Part shown: positions 44,930 through 54,072 of the stretch, in pieces
Position numbering within the stretch: the first letter of the stretch is position 1
Layout of the letters: each line of letters opens with the position of its first letter
Source: Chlamydiales bacterium
GTDB taxonomy: Bacteria > Chlamydiota > Chlamydiia > Chlamydiales > JAAKFR01
Direction: 5' to 3'
DNA: 64,000 bases
NCBI GenBank assembly: GCA_022601635.1
Contig: JAJACG010000032.1
Coordinates: 8,024 to 72,023, forward strand
The notes under the pieces: generated by a model
Databases searched by the model: none
Told to the model about the DNA's origin: nothing
Seen by the model: only the letters and a program-made list of their open reading frames with translations
Translations under genes and position numbers: made by a program

Positions 44930-45628
44930 TCAGTCGACTGAGTCAATATGTATTACACTCGATGTTCCTAGTGCATTAATGCGAAAAAGTTTGGCTTCAG
45001 GTGGCAGCTCATCAAGCCGTATCACAACACGCCTCACCTTTTTCATCTGCCCAATTGCCACCCCAAAATAGATCGGTAAACGGTCTGGATCAGGAGTATA
45101 GAGCTGTCCATCTAATTCCCAGTAGAGATTGCCAACAGCTGTCTCCAAAATCTCCCCCCCCTCCCCTAAAAGCAGACAGTCATCACACGGCTTGGCCAAC
45201 TCCCTCAAATATAAACGCGGCATGTAACTCAATAGCTTGCCCGGAAAAAGCGGCGCCTTGATCGGCTTCAATGTGATCTGCTTCGGTATCACTGGCAGCG
45301 GCGCCGCCATAATGATCAAACTACCCCCTCTTTTGGGCAGCGCAAGCTCTGCCTCTTGACCGCCGGTCACAATGATCTTGAGCCGACCACCCTCCAACTT
45401 ATTGCGTCTGATAAAGTCGAAAACAAGTGATTGAGGAATGCTCTTTTCAATGGCAAAAAGATCCATTTGCTGCTTTAGTTTAGCAAGATGGGCGTCAAGA
45501 TATTGAGGTTGTCCCTCTTCTACTTTAATGGTTGTGAAGAGGCCATCTCCGAAGAGAAAGCCGCGGTCGTGGAGGGAGATTTTGGCGCTCTCATGTTCGA
45601 CAAACTCTCCATTGATATAGATGAGCAA
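44930..45628 (-). CDS. pabC: Class IV aminotransferase-fold protein, probably 4-amino-4-deoxychorismate lyase
   Basis: 232 aa with ISLHDRGFLFGDGLFTTIKV and a fold-type IV layout. It lies directly downstream of pabB and has a TTG start. Confidence 0.75.
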   Translation of the reverse strand: MLIYINGEFVEHESAKISLHDRGFLFGDGLFTTIKVEEGQPQYLDAHLAKLKQQMDLFAIEKSIPQSLVFDFIRRNKLEGGRLKIIVTGGQEAELALPKRGGSLIIMAAPLPVIPKQITLKPIKAPLFPGKLLSYMPRLYLRELAKPCDDCLLLGEGGEILETAVGNLYWELDGQLYTPDPDRLPIYFGVAIGQMKKVRRVVIRLDELPPEAKLFRINALGTSSVIHIDSVD

Positions 45629-46752
45629 AAGGCCTTTCCTTTGTGTAGGGTTTCTTCATATTCTTTGATTGGATTTGAGTCGGCGATGATGGCACCTCCA
45701 AGGCGTAGGCGCATCTGGTTTTCCTGCCAGATGGCTGTGCGAATAGCGAGGTTAAAGTGCATCTGCTTGCCGTGGATAAAGCCGATTGCTCCGGTGTAGG
45801 GTCCGCGCGCTGAGTTTTCCAGCTGGCTGATCAATTTGAGGGCGGAGATTTTGGGGCAGCCGGAGATTGAGCCACCGGGAAAGAGTGCTTTGAGAATCTG
45901 AATGGGGTTTTGCTCAACCAGACTTCCTTTTATGGTGGAGACGAGATGGAACAGTGTGGGGAAGCTCTCCAATTGGCAGAGCTTTTCGACGACCACCTGA
46001 TCACAGATACGATGCAGATCGTTGCGTAATAGGTCGACGATCATCATCAGCTCGGCGCGCTCCTTTTCAGATTGCAGCAGCTCATTTCTATTCTGTTCAT
46101 CTTCTTTTGGTGTACTGCCTCGTGGCGCTGTGCCTTTGATGGGCGCTGTTGTGACTGTTCTGCCATCGCTTTTGAGAAAGAGTTCTGGGCTGGCGCTGAC
46201 GATCGTCTCTTGATCGGTCTGTACAAAGGCGCTGTAGGGGTGACCTTGTGAGACTTTGTGAAAGAGCGAGTAGGGTGAGCCCTTGGTTTGGAAGTGCAGC
46301 TCTTGAGAGAGGTTGACTTGGTAGACATTACCGCAGGCGATCTCTTCTTGGATCTGCCGCACCTTTTGGCAGTAACTGGCAACTGTTTCGGATGAGCCGA
46401 CCAGGCGCGCATCGAAGTCTCCTGCGTCTGGTAGCTTGTCGAGGCGGATCACTTCGGTGGGGCGGTAGAAGAGAGCTCCTCTTTTGAGTGGGGCGTGGGG
46501 GATCTCTCCCCAGTCGGTGTAGCAGCCCATTTCGTAGTTGATGAAGCCAAAGTAGAGGTCATCCCCGATCTGCTCTTGCAGCTCATCCCAGCAGTTGGGC
46601 CCCAGCTCCACCTCAACTTTGCGATCGGGGTTACAGGCGAGATAGGTAGGCCCCGACCCATCACCCGAATGCAAACAGAGTGTGCCTTCAGGAAGTTGAG
46701 AATCAGATGTCCATATTGTGGTAGACTGCGTCGACATCATCAAGCTCCTCAA
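45520..46752 (-). CDS. pabB: Aminodeoxychorismate synthase component I (chorismate-binding enzyme)
   Basis: 410 aa with LFPGGSISGCPKISALKLISQLE..RGPYTGAIGF and LAIRTA...GGAIIADSNPIKEYEET. The 36-residue tail after the conserved end overlaps pabC by 109 nt. Confidence 0.85.
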   Translation of the reverse strand: MRSLMMSTQSTTIWTSDSQLPEGTLCLHSGDGSGPTYLACNPDRKVEVELGPNCWDELQEQIGDDLYFGFINYEMGCYTDWGEIPHAPLKRGALFYRPTEVIRLDKLPDAGDFDARLVGSSETVASYCQKVRQIQEEIACGNVYQVNLSQELHFQTKGSPYSLFHKVSQGHPYSAFVQTDQETIVSASPELFLKSDGRTVTTAPIKGTAPRGSTPKEDEQNRNELLQSEKERAELMMIVDLLRNDLHRICDQVVVEKLCQLESFPTLFHLVSTIKGSLVEQNPIQILKALFPGGSISGCPKISALKLISQLENSARGPYTGAIGFIHGKQMHFNLAIRTAIWQENQMRLRLGGAIIADSNPIKEYEETLHKGKAFCSSISMESLSNMRAPKSPSTTAAFSSEMASSQPLK

Positions 46753-47419
46753 GCCAATCGATTAGCGCTTGGTTGGATTTAATGACCTCCTCATCACACG
46801 CAATCGCTGTGTTGGGAATCCACTCAATTTCCGCTTCACTCGATGTGATTCCCTTCTCATCGAGCTTCTCCTTGACAGCGTAGAGCTCAGTTGGCTCTGT
46901 GGTCACCATAAAACTCTCATCGGTCACCTCAAAATCCTCAGCACCAGCAGCCAATACCTCTTCAAATACGACCTCTTCATCTAGCCCCTCTTTAGGCAGC
47001 TGGATCAGCCCTTTGCGATCAAAATTGTAGGTGACAGCTCCTGGCTGCGCGATGGTGCCTCCCCTCTTGTTTGTCGCAATGCGCATATCGGAGGCTGTAC
47101 GATTCTTATTATCTGTCATTGCCTCTACAATAATGCCAATGCCACCGTGACCATAAATCTCATAGGTGACTGAAACAAAATCTTCAGTATTGGGATCAGA
47201 GGCTTTTTTGATGTTTCTATCGATCACATCGTTGGGGACGTTGACCGCTTTTGCTTTCTGTACAGCGAGACGCAGGCGGGGGTTGGCTTTGGGGTCTGGC
47301 CCGCCCATTTTGACAGCGCTAATGATCTCCTTGGCGCTGCGCGAGAAGATTTTGCCCTTCTGCTTATCAGCGCGGTCCTTCTTATGTTTGATGTTTGCCC
47401 ATTTACTATGCCCAGCCAA
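46703..47419 (-). CDS. YebC/PmpR-family transcriptional regulator
   Basis: The track ORF extends to 47530. The family N-terminus AGHSKWANIKHKK follows a TTG at 47419, which leaves only a 14-nt overlap with the upstream gene. Confidence 0.9.
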   Translation of the reverse strand: MAGHSKWANIKHKKDRADKQKGKIFSRSAKEIISAVKMGGPDPKANPRLRLAVQKAKAVNVPNDVIDRNIKKASDPNTEDFVSVTYEIYGHGGIGIIVEAMTDNKNRTASDMRIATNKRGGTIAQPGAVTYNFDRKGLIQLPKEGLDEEVVFEEVLAAGAEDFEVTDESFMVTTEPTELYAVKEKLDEKGITSSEAEIEWIPNTAIACDEEVIKSNQALIDWLEELDDVDAVYHNMDI

Positions 47420-48059
47420 AGATCTTCTCCCTGTTTGCTTTTTCCCACCGTCTTGCACGCCCATAGGCGTGAAACTCTCTCTCTTTTTTCTTAAACTCAG
47501 GCCCATGAACGCGAAAATAGCCGCGCTCATCTAAGTAACCTGGAACCTTTGCATGCACCATCTCATGGTAGACTACAAAGGCGACAAAGAAGCGCGGATA
47601 GAAGGGGTCATCCAACATCTTGTGAATTTTGATCGCCTTGTAATCATCGAGATATTGCCCAAATGTGATATGCCTCCGCTTCTTAAACTCCCGGCCAAAC
47701 CAGCCAATTGTCAGATCCAAACTGTCCTCAAAATAGGCTGAGTTGAGCTCATCCATCATCTTTTTGAGATCATAGATCTCGCCGTAGGGATTGAGCTTTA
47801 AAGGGCGTGAGCTCTCGACAGAGCTTGTCTGGATAAAGTGGCGTAGAAGCGGCTTGGGTTTCTTGCCCATGGCATAGCGCGCCAGCTCCTTGATTACCTC
47901 CTCTGGCGCTTGCAGAAAGAGCTCATGGATGGAAAAGCGGCGCCCTTTGACGCTGAGCAGCGTGCTTCTATTTTGATTGATTATAAGCTGCATCTTGAAT
48001 GGGAGATAGCGATGGAGCCTCTGCTCAAATGAGGCGCTCCATGACGATCTTACTGACAT
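47406..48059 (-). CDS. SprT-like zinc-metalloprotease-fold protein (HExxH)
   Basis: 217 aa with VVYHEMVHAKVPGY...HGPEFKKKEREF. The family assignment is tentative. Confidence 0.55.
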   Translation of the reverse strand: MSVRSSWSASFEQRLHRYLPFKMQLIINQNRSTLLSVKGRRFSIHELFLQAPEEVIKELARYAMGKKPKPLLRHFIQTSSVESSRPLKLNPYGEIYDLKKMMDELNSAYFEDSLDLTIGWFGREFKKRRHITFGQYLDDYKAIKIHKMLDDPFYPRFFVAFVVYHEMVHAKVPGYLDERGYFRVHGPEFKKKEREFHAYGRARRWEKANREKIFGWA

Positions 48060-48513
48060 ACCGCCCCTTCTCTTTCATAAAATGTTTCTGCTCACCAATC
48101 GTCTCAAAGCCGAAGCGGCGGTAGAGTGAAATGGCGGGATTGCCCTCATAAACCTCTAAATAGAGCACCTCAATACCAAAATACTCTTTGGCCAAGTGGA
48201 AGAGGTTGTTTAATAGCTGTGTACCGACACCCTTGCCGCGCATCTTCTCAGTCACAATGATGGAGACGAGACATTGGTGCGCCAATTTCTTGTAGGGCAT
48301 CAAGCAAAGCGTTGCGAGTCCAACAGGCTCACCCTCATGTTCCACAGTCAAACTGCTCTTGTAGCGATAGAAGCTGATCCAATGCTTGACTGAATCATTC
48401 ACCTCCTTCTCATCACACATCGGAAAGCCGGCCAAAACTCCTGGCTCCAACAGCCAATCCTTCAAATAGGGGGCGTCAGCTTCCGTCGTGTAGCGAAATT
48501 TTAGCTCCATCAA
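48025..48513 (-). CDS. GNAT-family N-acetyltransferase
   Basis: 162 aa with the acetyl-CoA motif A, IIVTEKMRGKGVGTQLLNNL, and YRRFGFE. Confidence 0.8.
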   Translation of the reverse strand: MMELKFRYTTEADAPYLKDWLLEPGVLAGFPMCDEKEVNDSVKHWISFYRYKSSLTVEHEGEPVGLATLCLMPYKKLAHQCLVSIIVTEKMRGKGVGTQLLNNLFHLAKEYFGIEVLYLEVYEGNPAISLYRRFGFETIGEQKHFMKEKGRYVSKIVMERLI

Positions 48514-49608
48514 CCAAACTCCTTCAAATAGGCAACGACGAAACCATCCAAAAGCTCTCCATCCATCATCGCCTCAATATTGCCTGTTTCAAAATTTGTG
48601 CGCACATCCTTCACAAGAGTGTAGGGTTGAAAAACGTAGCTGCGGATCTGTGAGCCCCACTCGATTTTCATCTTCTCCCCGCCCATCTGCCTCAAACTCT
48701 CTTCTCGCTCCAGAACCTGCTTCTCATAGAGCTTCGATTTGAGCATCTTCATGCAGCTCTCTCTATTTTGGATCTGGCTGCGCTCATTTTGGCAGGTCAC
48801 AACAATCCCTGTAGCTAGATGGGTGATACGAACGGCAGAATCGGTGGTATTGACATGCTGTCCACCTGCTCCAGAAGCGCGGAAGGTGTCAACGCGAATA
48901 TCTTGAGGTTGGATGTCGATTTCGATCTCATCGCTCACTTCGGGAGTGACATCGACCGAGGCAAAACTTGTATGACGTCTTGCACCGCTATCAAATGGGG
49001 AGATGCGCACCAATCTGTGGACACCCTTTTCCGCTTTGCTGTAGCCATAGGCTGAAGGTCCTGTGAATTTTAGGGTGACACTTTTATATCCGGCGACATC
49101 ACCATCAAGAGCATCGACTACTTCGACCTTCCACTTTCTTTTTTCGGCCCAGCGCTGGTACATACGGCAGAGCATCAGGGCCCAGTCGCACGCCTCTGTT
49201 CCACCAGCGCCTGCGTTGATATTCAGGTAGCAGTTGCAGCCATCCATCTCGCCAGAGAGCATGCGTTTGACTTCTAGCTTTTCGAGTTCTTCTTCGACCT
49301 GATCTAGTTGTGTATGGAGCTCACCGATCAGCTCTTCATCACCCAATTCACAGGCGTCAACGACAAGGGAGTCGACCTCTTCGAATTGTATTTTGATAGC
49401 AGCGTAGGGTTCGGTCCAGCTTTTGAGTTCGTTGGCGTCGGCGATGGTTTTTTGAGCGCTCTCTTGATCATCCCAAAATTTTGGGTCTTCCATCACCTTT
49501 TCGAGTTTTTGGACTTCTTGAGATTTTGTTTCGAGGTCAAAGATACCTCCACATGTGAAGGACTCGCTCCTTCACCTTGCGACATCTTTCTTGAATTTCC
49601 TCTTTCAT
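48510..49608 (-). CDS. prfB: Peptide chain release factor 2, expressed via a programmed +1 frameshift
   Basis: Frame 0 runs from ATG 49608 (MKEEIQERCRKVKERVLHMWRYL) to the in-frame TGA at 49539..49537. The +1 frame continues DLETKSQEVQKLEKVMEDPKFWDD... through SPF and GGQHVN to 48510. Confidence 0.95.
49536..49550 (-). promoter_or_regulatory. RF2 autoregulatory +1 frameshift site
   Basis: The minus strand reads GGAGG TAT CTT TGA C. This is an internal SD-like element 3 nt upstream of the slippery CTT-TGA-C, the same architecture as E. coli prfB. Confidence 0.9.
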
Positions 49609-49615
49609 GTCGAAG

Positions 49616-49644
49616 AGTTTACTTACCTTGTCCAAAAAAGTCAA
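49616..49644 (-). promoter_or_regulatory. Candidate prfB promoter (would give a leaderless or near-leaderless mRNA)
   Basis: On the minus strand, TTGACT (49644..49639), a 17-nt spacer, then TAAACT (49621..49616), with only 7 nt to the ATG at 49608 and no SD in between. Confidence 0.35.
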
Positions 49645-49972
49645 AGCTCATAAACTACCTCTGTGATTACTCCTGTTTTATCAACAGTTGCGGCGGTTCC
49701 GACGTGGATGACACGGCATGGCTTTGAGGTAATTTTGAGGATTATTAACAATCCGGCGCAGAATGCGATGAAGATATTTATTTTTTCGGCTGTGGTGATT
49801 GTGCTACCGGTGACGGGCACTTGCTACGGCATCAAGAAGCTCTATGAGAGGCATTTTCCGGAGTAGAAGCTGCTGTACCTTATATCTTAACAATTTTACC
49901 TTGAAAATTCGAGAAGCTGTTTGGCGATATTCAAGGATAGCTCTTTCGAAATTTCCAGAATTGATTGTAGTG

Positions 49973-50010
49973 AAAGATGCTGAACGGCAGTTGTTCAGTG
50001 TCTTCTTAAG
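49973..50010 (+). repeat. Mini-copy E1 of the palindromic element (termini only), abutting the full copy E2
   Basis: AAAGATGCTGAACGGCAGTTGTTCAGTGTCTTCTTAAG is a degenerate left end plus an intact right end. It shares CTTAAG with the left end of E2. Confidence 0.55.
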
Positions 50011-50176
50011 GAGATACTGAATAAGTACCTTGCCAGAGATTTTGGTAAGATTTCTATCGAGGGGAAGTTCGGAGCCGAACGTCTAACCCCTTGTGGGTTA
50101 GTCGAGGCGAGAACGATGCCTCGATAGAAAGATTGTCGGAAGATCTGGTGAACGAGTTATTCAGTGTCTTCTTAAG
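50005..50176 (+). mobile_element. Palindromic MITE-like element, full-length copy E2 (172 bp), intergenic
   Basis: CTTAAGGAGATACTGAATAAG ... CGAGTTATTCAGTGTCTTCTTAAG. The internal arms are TTTCTATCGAGG / CCTCGATAGAAA and the central hairpin is CTAACCCCTTGTGGGTTAG. Confidence 0.85.
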
Positions 50177-50179
50177 TAT

Positions 50180-50203
50180 GCGGATGCGCCGAAGCGCACC
50201 CGC
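50180..50203 (-). terminator. GC-rich stem-loop with a UUCG tetraloop downstream of the MOMP-like gene
   Basis: The minus-strand RNA would read GCGGGUGCGC-UUCG-GCGCAUCCGC, which is 10 bp including one G-U pair. It lies 34 nt after the stop. There is no U-tract, so it may be a stabiliser rather than a terminator. Confidence 0.45.
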
Positions 50204-50236
50204 TCTATGGCTGTCTGCTTTCTGACAGGGTTACGG

Positions 50237-51238
50237 TTAGAAGCGGACTTGGCCGACGAGACTCATTTCCAAAGAGGAGGCGAAGCCACCTTCAAGAGTC
50301 AAAGCCATTTTCTGGCAGTCAGTCAAACTCACACCCACGGCATACCCAGTCGATTTGATCTGCTTAAAGTTTGGCAGATTTGCATTAAAGGTGGTAGTAA
50401 CACGGTCAACACCAGTAGTAGCAAGCGAAGGTGTAGGCACATTTGCTAGCTGAGCATTACCGCATTTTAGCTTGGCACCACTCCAACGAATCGCAGCATA
50501 GGGAACAAGCTTGTTAATGCGGTGTGAAATACCAAGACCGACCTGCCAATCTTCGTAGCGCACACGGTATCCATTACCAAATGCCTGGCGAAAATCTCTC
50601 GTAGTTATGACATTGTTGACGGTCACATTTTGATTCTGGTAGAGATCCAAGAACTTCAGATGAGGCCTACTTTGCAGATATTGCCCCTCAAGCCCAATCG
50701 CAGTGCACTCACACTCCCAAAGAGTGATACGCCCACCAATACTCCACGAAAACCCAGTATTAGTCTGCAGATGAGAGAGCACTTGCCCAGAAGCTGTGGT
50801 ACCAAATGTGGTGGTAGTTACCACGGGTGCAGTAGTAGGTCCAGTCGTATCTTGAAAGACAGAGTGGCCGGGATATAGAATCTGGTCACTCCATAGGTTG
50901 ACAGATGTAGCACCAAGTGTTCCAAAGATGTCAAAGCGATCCCAGAAATTGCCAGCAAAGTAGGCAGCATTGGTAATCACACGCGTCACATCGGTATCTC
51001 GCTTCGCTTCACTCGCAGAATCTTTTTCCAAATAGCGGTTAAACTGGTAGTCACCCCAATAACCGAAGCGCATGCTAAAAGCATCGCAAACAGTCAGACA
51101 GGGATCACAGGGATCACCGCAGTGTCCTTCGAAAAAGATTCCATCACAGAGAAGGCTTGCCTCACTTGGGTTACCAACTGGAAGTGCCCAAACAGCACTC
51201 TGAAGGGCTAAGGTTAAAAGTAGATATCGTGTTTTCAA
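50237..51238 (-). CDS. MOMP-like (chlamydial major outer membrane protein/OmpA-family) porin
   Basis: 333 aa with a TTG start after AAGGAG. ALPVGNPSEASLLCDGIFFEGHCGDPCDPCLTVCDAFSMRFGYWGDYQFNR parallels the MOMP N-terminus (LPVGNPAEPSL..DG..WEG..GDPCDPC..WCDAISMR.GYYGD), and the protein ends with a C-terminal Phe. Confidence 0.85.
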   Translation of the reverse strand: MKTRYLLLTLALQSAVWALPVGNPSEASLLCDGIFFEGHCGDPCDPCLTVCDAFSMRFGYWGDYQFNRYLEKDSASEAKRDTDVTRVITNAAYFAGNFWDRFDIFGTLGATSVNLWSDQILYPGHSVFQDTTGPTTAPVVTTTTFGTTASGQVLSHLQTNTGFSWSIGGRITLWECECTAIGLEGQYLQSRPHLKFLDLYQNQNVTVNNVITTRDFRQAFGNGYRVRYEDWQVGLGISHRINKLVPYAAIRWSGAKLKCGNAQLANVPTPSLATTGVDRVTTTFNANLPNFKQIKSTGYAVGVSLTDCQKMALTLEGGFASSLEMSLVGQVRF

Positions 51239-51281
51239 TTTTCACTCCTTGTTTTTTCAAAAAATGCAACACCCTATAAAT

Positions 51282-52742
51282 TCATGCAACACTTTTTAGA
51301 AGCGGACTTGTCAGATCTCTACTAACTCTTACATTCTTTAGATGGCAGGGACCCGAAATCTCAAGGCAACCATTTAAATCCAAGTTCTCAATGTAAACCT
51401 CCGGATCCTCAATAATTAGCTTCGAGCCACGAGCAATCCTTCCACCCCTCAACTTCCGCTCAATAATGCTGTAAAGTGGTCCCAAAGCGGGATTGTAGTA
51501 AAACTCATAACTAGGACCATGTAGCAAAAACTCCTCAGGTGAGGGAAAATCTGGCAATTCAAATCCACATCTATTGAGCAATTCATCATTGTTGCGCAGC
51601 AAATCATAGAGCGCCCCCTTCGGCGTCGCCTCCATACTCTGCCCCTTCTCATATTTCTTTTTTGCAGATGAAATCGTCCTCCCACGCGGACTAAAGGTCA
51701 CAAACGTAGACTCCGTTGTAAGCGCATCACTGATGTTTTGCATCATACTCTCAAGACGCGCATGCTCACCACCCTTCGTATTCACCATCAAACCGTGCAG
51801 AGGCTGCTTTTGAATCAGTGGAAGTATCTGCGGCAAATCAGCAAAGAGAATATTGGTGTTAGTCGGAAAATCTGGATCCGGGTTTTCTACTTCAGTGTAC
51901 TCAATGTTAGAAATGCGTCTTTTATCCCCCTCTTCAACCTCCACAAGCATCCCTTCCTGCACACCCTTGGGTCTCTCACATGAAGCAAAACCAAACGCCT
52001 TTTGCTGCAACACACCCGTCCCCACAAAACCCAGCAGCAGATTATCCAACCCCGCAATCGGATTGTTAATCTGCCGAATCAGCAGTTTGCTTCTCCCCCT
52101 CTCTTGAAACCACTCAAAGATACCGTTGTCCAACGCACACTTCCACAGCGCCCCATGACCATTTGGCTGACAAACAAGCTCATCATCCTCTAAAAGCCAC
52201 TCCCCCTCTTTCGTAATCACAGGAACAGAGGGCTGCTTAAAGATACGGAAATTCTGTTCACCGCGACCAAACCAGTTCGCCTTTTCACAGAGCTTGCGTA
52301 TCGCTGGAAAGTTGTGCGCCTCATCAGACGCCATCAACGCAATCGGCGTAATCACCTTTTCACCATGCAGTTTCCAATAGAGGTATTCGCGCGCAGCCAC
52401 ATCACGCACAAGCCCCTCTAGTAGGGATCGTCCACAAAAGGGCAGCGCTGCCGCTGGAAGCAGCTTTCCACTACTATCCCTAAGGTCTAGACGAGAACCA
52501 AGCCCGCCAATTGGATAGATCTCCGCCAGCTGCGGCATCGCCCTCAATCCAGCAGCAGTCGCCTCCTCTGTGATAGAAACTGTTTTAGGCATACTTAGCT
52601 TCGATCTGGCAGCTGGAGCAGCCCCCATCAACTCCATCACCTTGCGGTGATACCCATCAGCCCCGCCAATTGAGGCGTAAAAATGGTCCAATTCCTCCAG
52701 TTTTCGTCGATTTCGGTCCCTAATTGGCAGCTTTTCACTCAT
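51282..52742 (-). CDS. UDPGP-family nucleotide-sugar pyrophosphorylase (UTP--hexose-1-phosphate uridylyltransferase type)
   Basis: IGGLGSRL, FKQPSVPV, QPNGHGALW and IRQINNPIAG correspond to the conserved blocks of eukaryote-type UDP-sugar pyrophosphorylases. ATG 52742 is preferred over 52832, which would abut the divergent SWIB start. Confidence 0.62.
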   Translation of the reverse strand: MSEKLPIRDRNRRKLEELDHFYASIGGADGYHRKVMELMGAAPAARSKLSMPKTVSITEEATAAGLRAMPQLAEIYPIGGLGSRLDLRDSSGKLLPAAALPFCGRSLLEGLVRDVAAREYLYWKLHGEKVITPIALMASDEAHNFPAIRKLCEKANWFGRGEQNFRIFKQPSVPVITKEGEWLLEDDELVCQPNGHGALWKCALDNGIFEWFQERGRSKLLIRQINNPIAGLDNLLLGFVGTGVLQQKAFGFASCERPKGVQEGMLVEVEEGDKRRISNIEYTEVENPDPDFPTNTNILFADLPQILPLIQKQPLHGLMVNTKGGEHARLESMMQNISDALTTESTFVTFSPRGRTISSAKKKYEKGQSMEATPKGALYDLLRNNDELLNRCGFELPDFPSPEEFLLHGPSYEFYYNPALGPLYSIIERKLRGGRIARGSKLIIEDPEVYIENLDLNGCLEISGPCHLKNVRVSRDLTSPLLKSVA

Positions 52743-52831
52743 GTCGCTAGAATTGTTTTGACTCAAAAATGAACCCGAGGATAAAAGAATTGGAACGAAG
52801 AGTAAACACCTTTTGATAGGAGCAAATAACA

Positions 52832-53089
52832 ATGGCTAAAAAAAAGAACAGCGCCTTCATGAACCCGGTTGAGATCAGCGATGACCTAAAAGCTGTCGTC
52901 GGGCCAGGCCCCATGCCGCGCACAGAAATCATCAAAAAGTTGTGGGTATATATCAAAAAACACAACTGCCAAGATGCAAATAACAAGCGTAACATCATTC
53001 CCGATGAAAAACTTGCAAAAGTTTTTGGAACAAAATCTGCAGTAGATATGTTTCAAATGACAAAAAAAGTTTCAAAGCACATCCACTGA
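52832..53089 (+). CDS. SWIB/MDM2-domain protein
   Basis: 85 aa. VEISDDLKAVVGPGPMPRTEIIKKLWVYIKKHNCQD..NKRNIIPDEKLAKVFG is a typical SWIB domain, a hallmark of Chlamydiae. Confidence 0.9.
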   Translation: MAKKKNSAFMNPVEISDDLKAVVGPGPMPRTEIIKKLWVYIKKHNCQDANNKRNIIPDEKLAKVFGTKSAVDMFQMTKKVSKHIH

Positions 53090-53124
53090 TTGATTGAATT
53101 GCTGACAATGTCGATAATAGGGGG

Positions 53125-54072
53125 ATGTCTCGCTTTATTGATATTGTCAGCTCGCTCTCCATTCTCGGTATCTGGCCACGTTTCATTGAGCCCAAATTGG
53201 TGCGTACCACCACCCTCGACTGGAAACTGCCCGAGCAGCAGCGCCATCTTGATGGTCTAAAAATCGTCCAATTTAGCGATCTCCACTTCCACCCAAAAGT
53301 ATCGGATAAATTTTTAGACAGGGTCGCCCGCCGCATTTTGCGTCAAAAACCCGATATCATTCTCTTCACTGGCGACTTCATCTGCTACTCCAGCTTAGAG
53401 CAGCAAGAACGACTCAAATCTTTTCTTAATAGACTACAAGCCCCGCTCGGCTGTTTCTGCAGCTTTGGCAATCACGACTATGCCAACTATGTCAGCCGCA
53501 ACAGCCATGGTCTCTACGATGTGCGACGCCCCATCAACCCCGTTGTCGGCATCTGCACCGCCGTTTGGACCATCATCCGTACCAAACCGGAAATCTTCCA
53601 CATCACAAATGACGCCGCCTCCACGCCTTTGCACGATCCGCTCTGCTCCCTTCTGCGCCAAACAGCCTTCACCTTGCTGGAAAATATGACCGTCACTCTG
53701 CCAATTGGACTCAACGTGACCGGCCTTGGTGAATACGCCGTCGGACGCTGCAGGCCCGAAACCGCCTTTGCTGGCTATGAAAAGGGAAAGCCAGGACTCG
53801 TTTTGTCCCACAACCCAGACACCTTCCCCCACCTACGCGACTACCCCGGTGACTGGATCTTCTGTGGCCACACACATGGTGAGCAGATCCACCTCCCCTT
53901 CCTACGCCCACTCTCACGCAAACTAGCACGACTTGAAAATCCGCTTTACACACGCGGACTCTTTCAAGAGCGGGGTAAGAAGCTCTATGTCAGCCGCGGT
54001 ATTGGCAGTCCTGTTCCCTTTCGCTTCTGTTCCGCGCCTGAAGTTGTTGTTGTGAGGGCTAGGTATGGATGA
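53125..54072 (+). CDS. lpxG: Calcineurin-like metallophosphoesterase, probable UDP-2,3-diacylglucosamine pyrophosphatase LpxG
   Basis: 315 aa with the motifs FSDLHFH, FTGDF, GNHD and GHTHGEQ. The SWIB-phosphoesterase-ispD-truA order is the one I remember around chlamydial lpxG. Confidence 0.72.
   Translation: MSRFIDIVSSLSILGIWPRFIEPKLVRTTTLDWKLPEQQRHLDGLKIVQFSDLHFHPKVSDKFLDRVARRILRQKPDIILFTGDFICYSSLEQQERLKSFLNRLQAPLGCFCSFGNHDYANYVSRNSHGLYDVRRPINPVVGICTAVWTIIRTKPEIFHITNDAASTPLHDPLCSLLRQTAFTLLENMTVTLPIGLNVTGLGEYAVGRCRPETAFAGYEKGKPGLVLSHNPDTFPHLRDYPGDWIFCGHTHGEQIHLPFLRPLSRKLARLENPLYTRGLFQERGKKLYVSRGIGSPVPFRFCSAPEVVVVRARYG

Noticed and set aside
45520-45628. A 109-nt overlap between the pabB 3' tail and the pabC 5' end, considered as a possible frameshift or PabB-PabC fusion.
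   Set aside because: Both frames are intact. pabC has its own SD-like AGGAAAGG and a TTG start. The PabB conserved core ends before the overlap. A read-through tail is the simplest explanation, and resequencing would settle it.
49663-49866. A 67-aa ORF (GTG start) upstream of prfB, with a hydrophobic C-terminal half.
   Set aside because: There is no RBS and no homology I recognise, and it starts with an unlikely N-terminal extension. A 32-aa micro-protein (MKIFIFSAVVIVLPVTG...) cannot be excluded but has no support.
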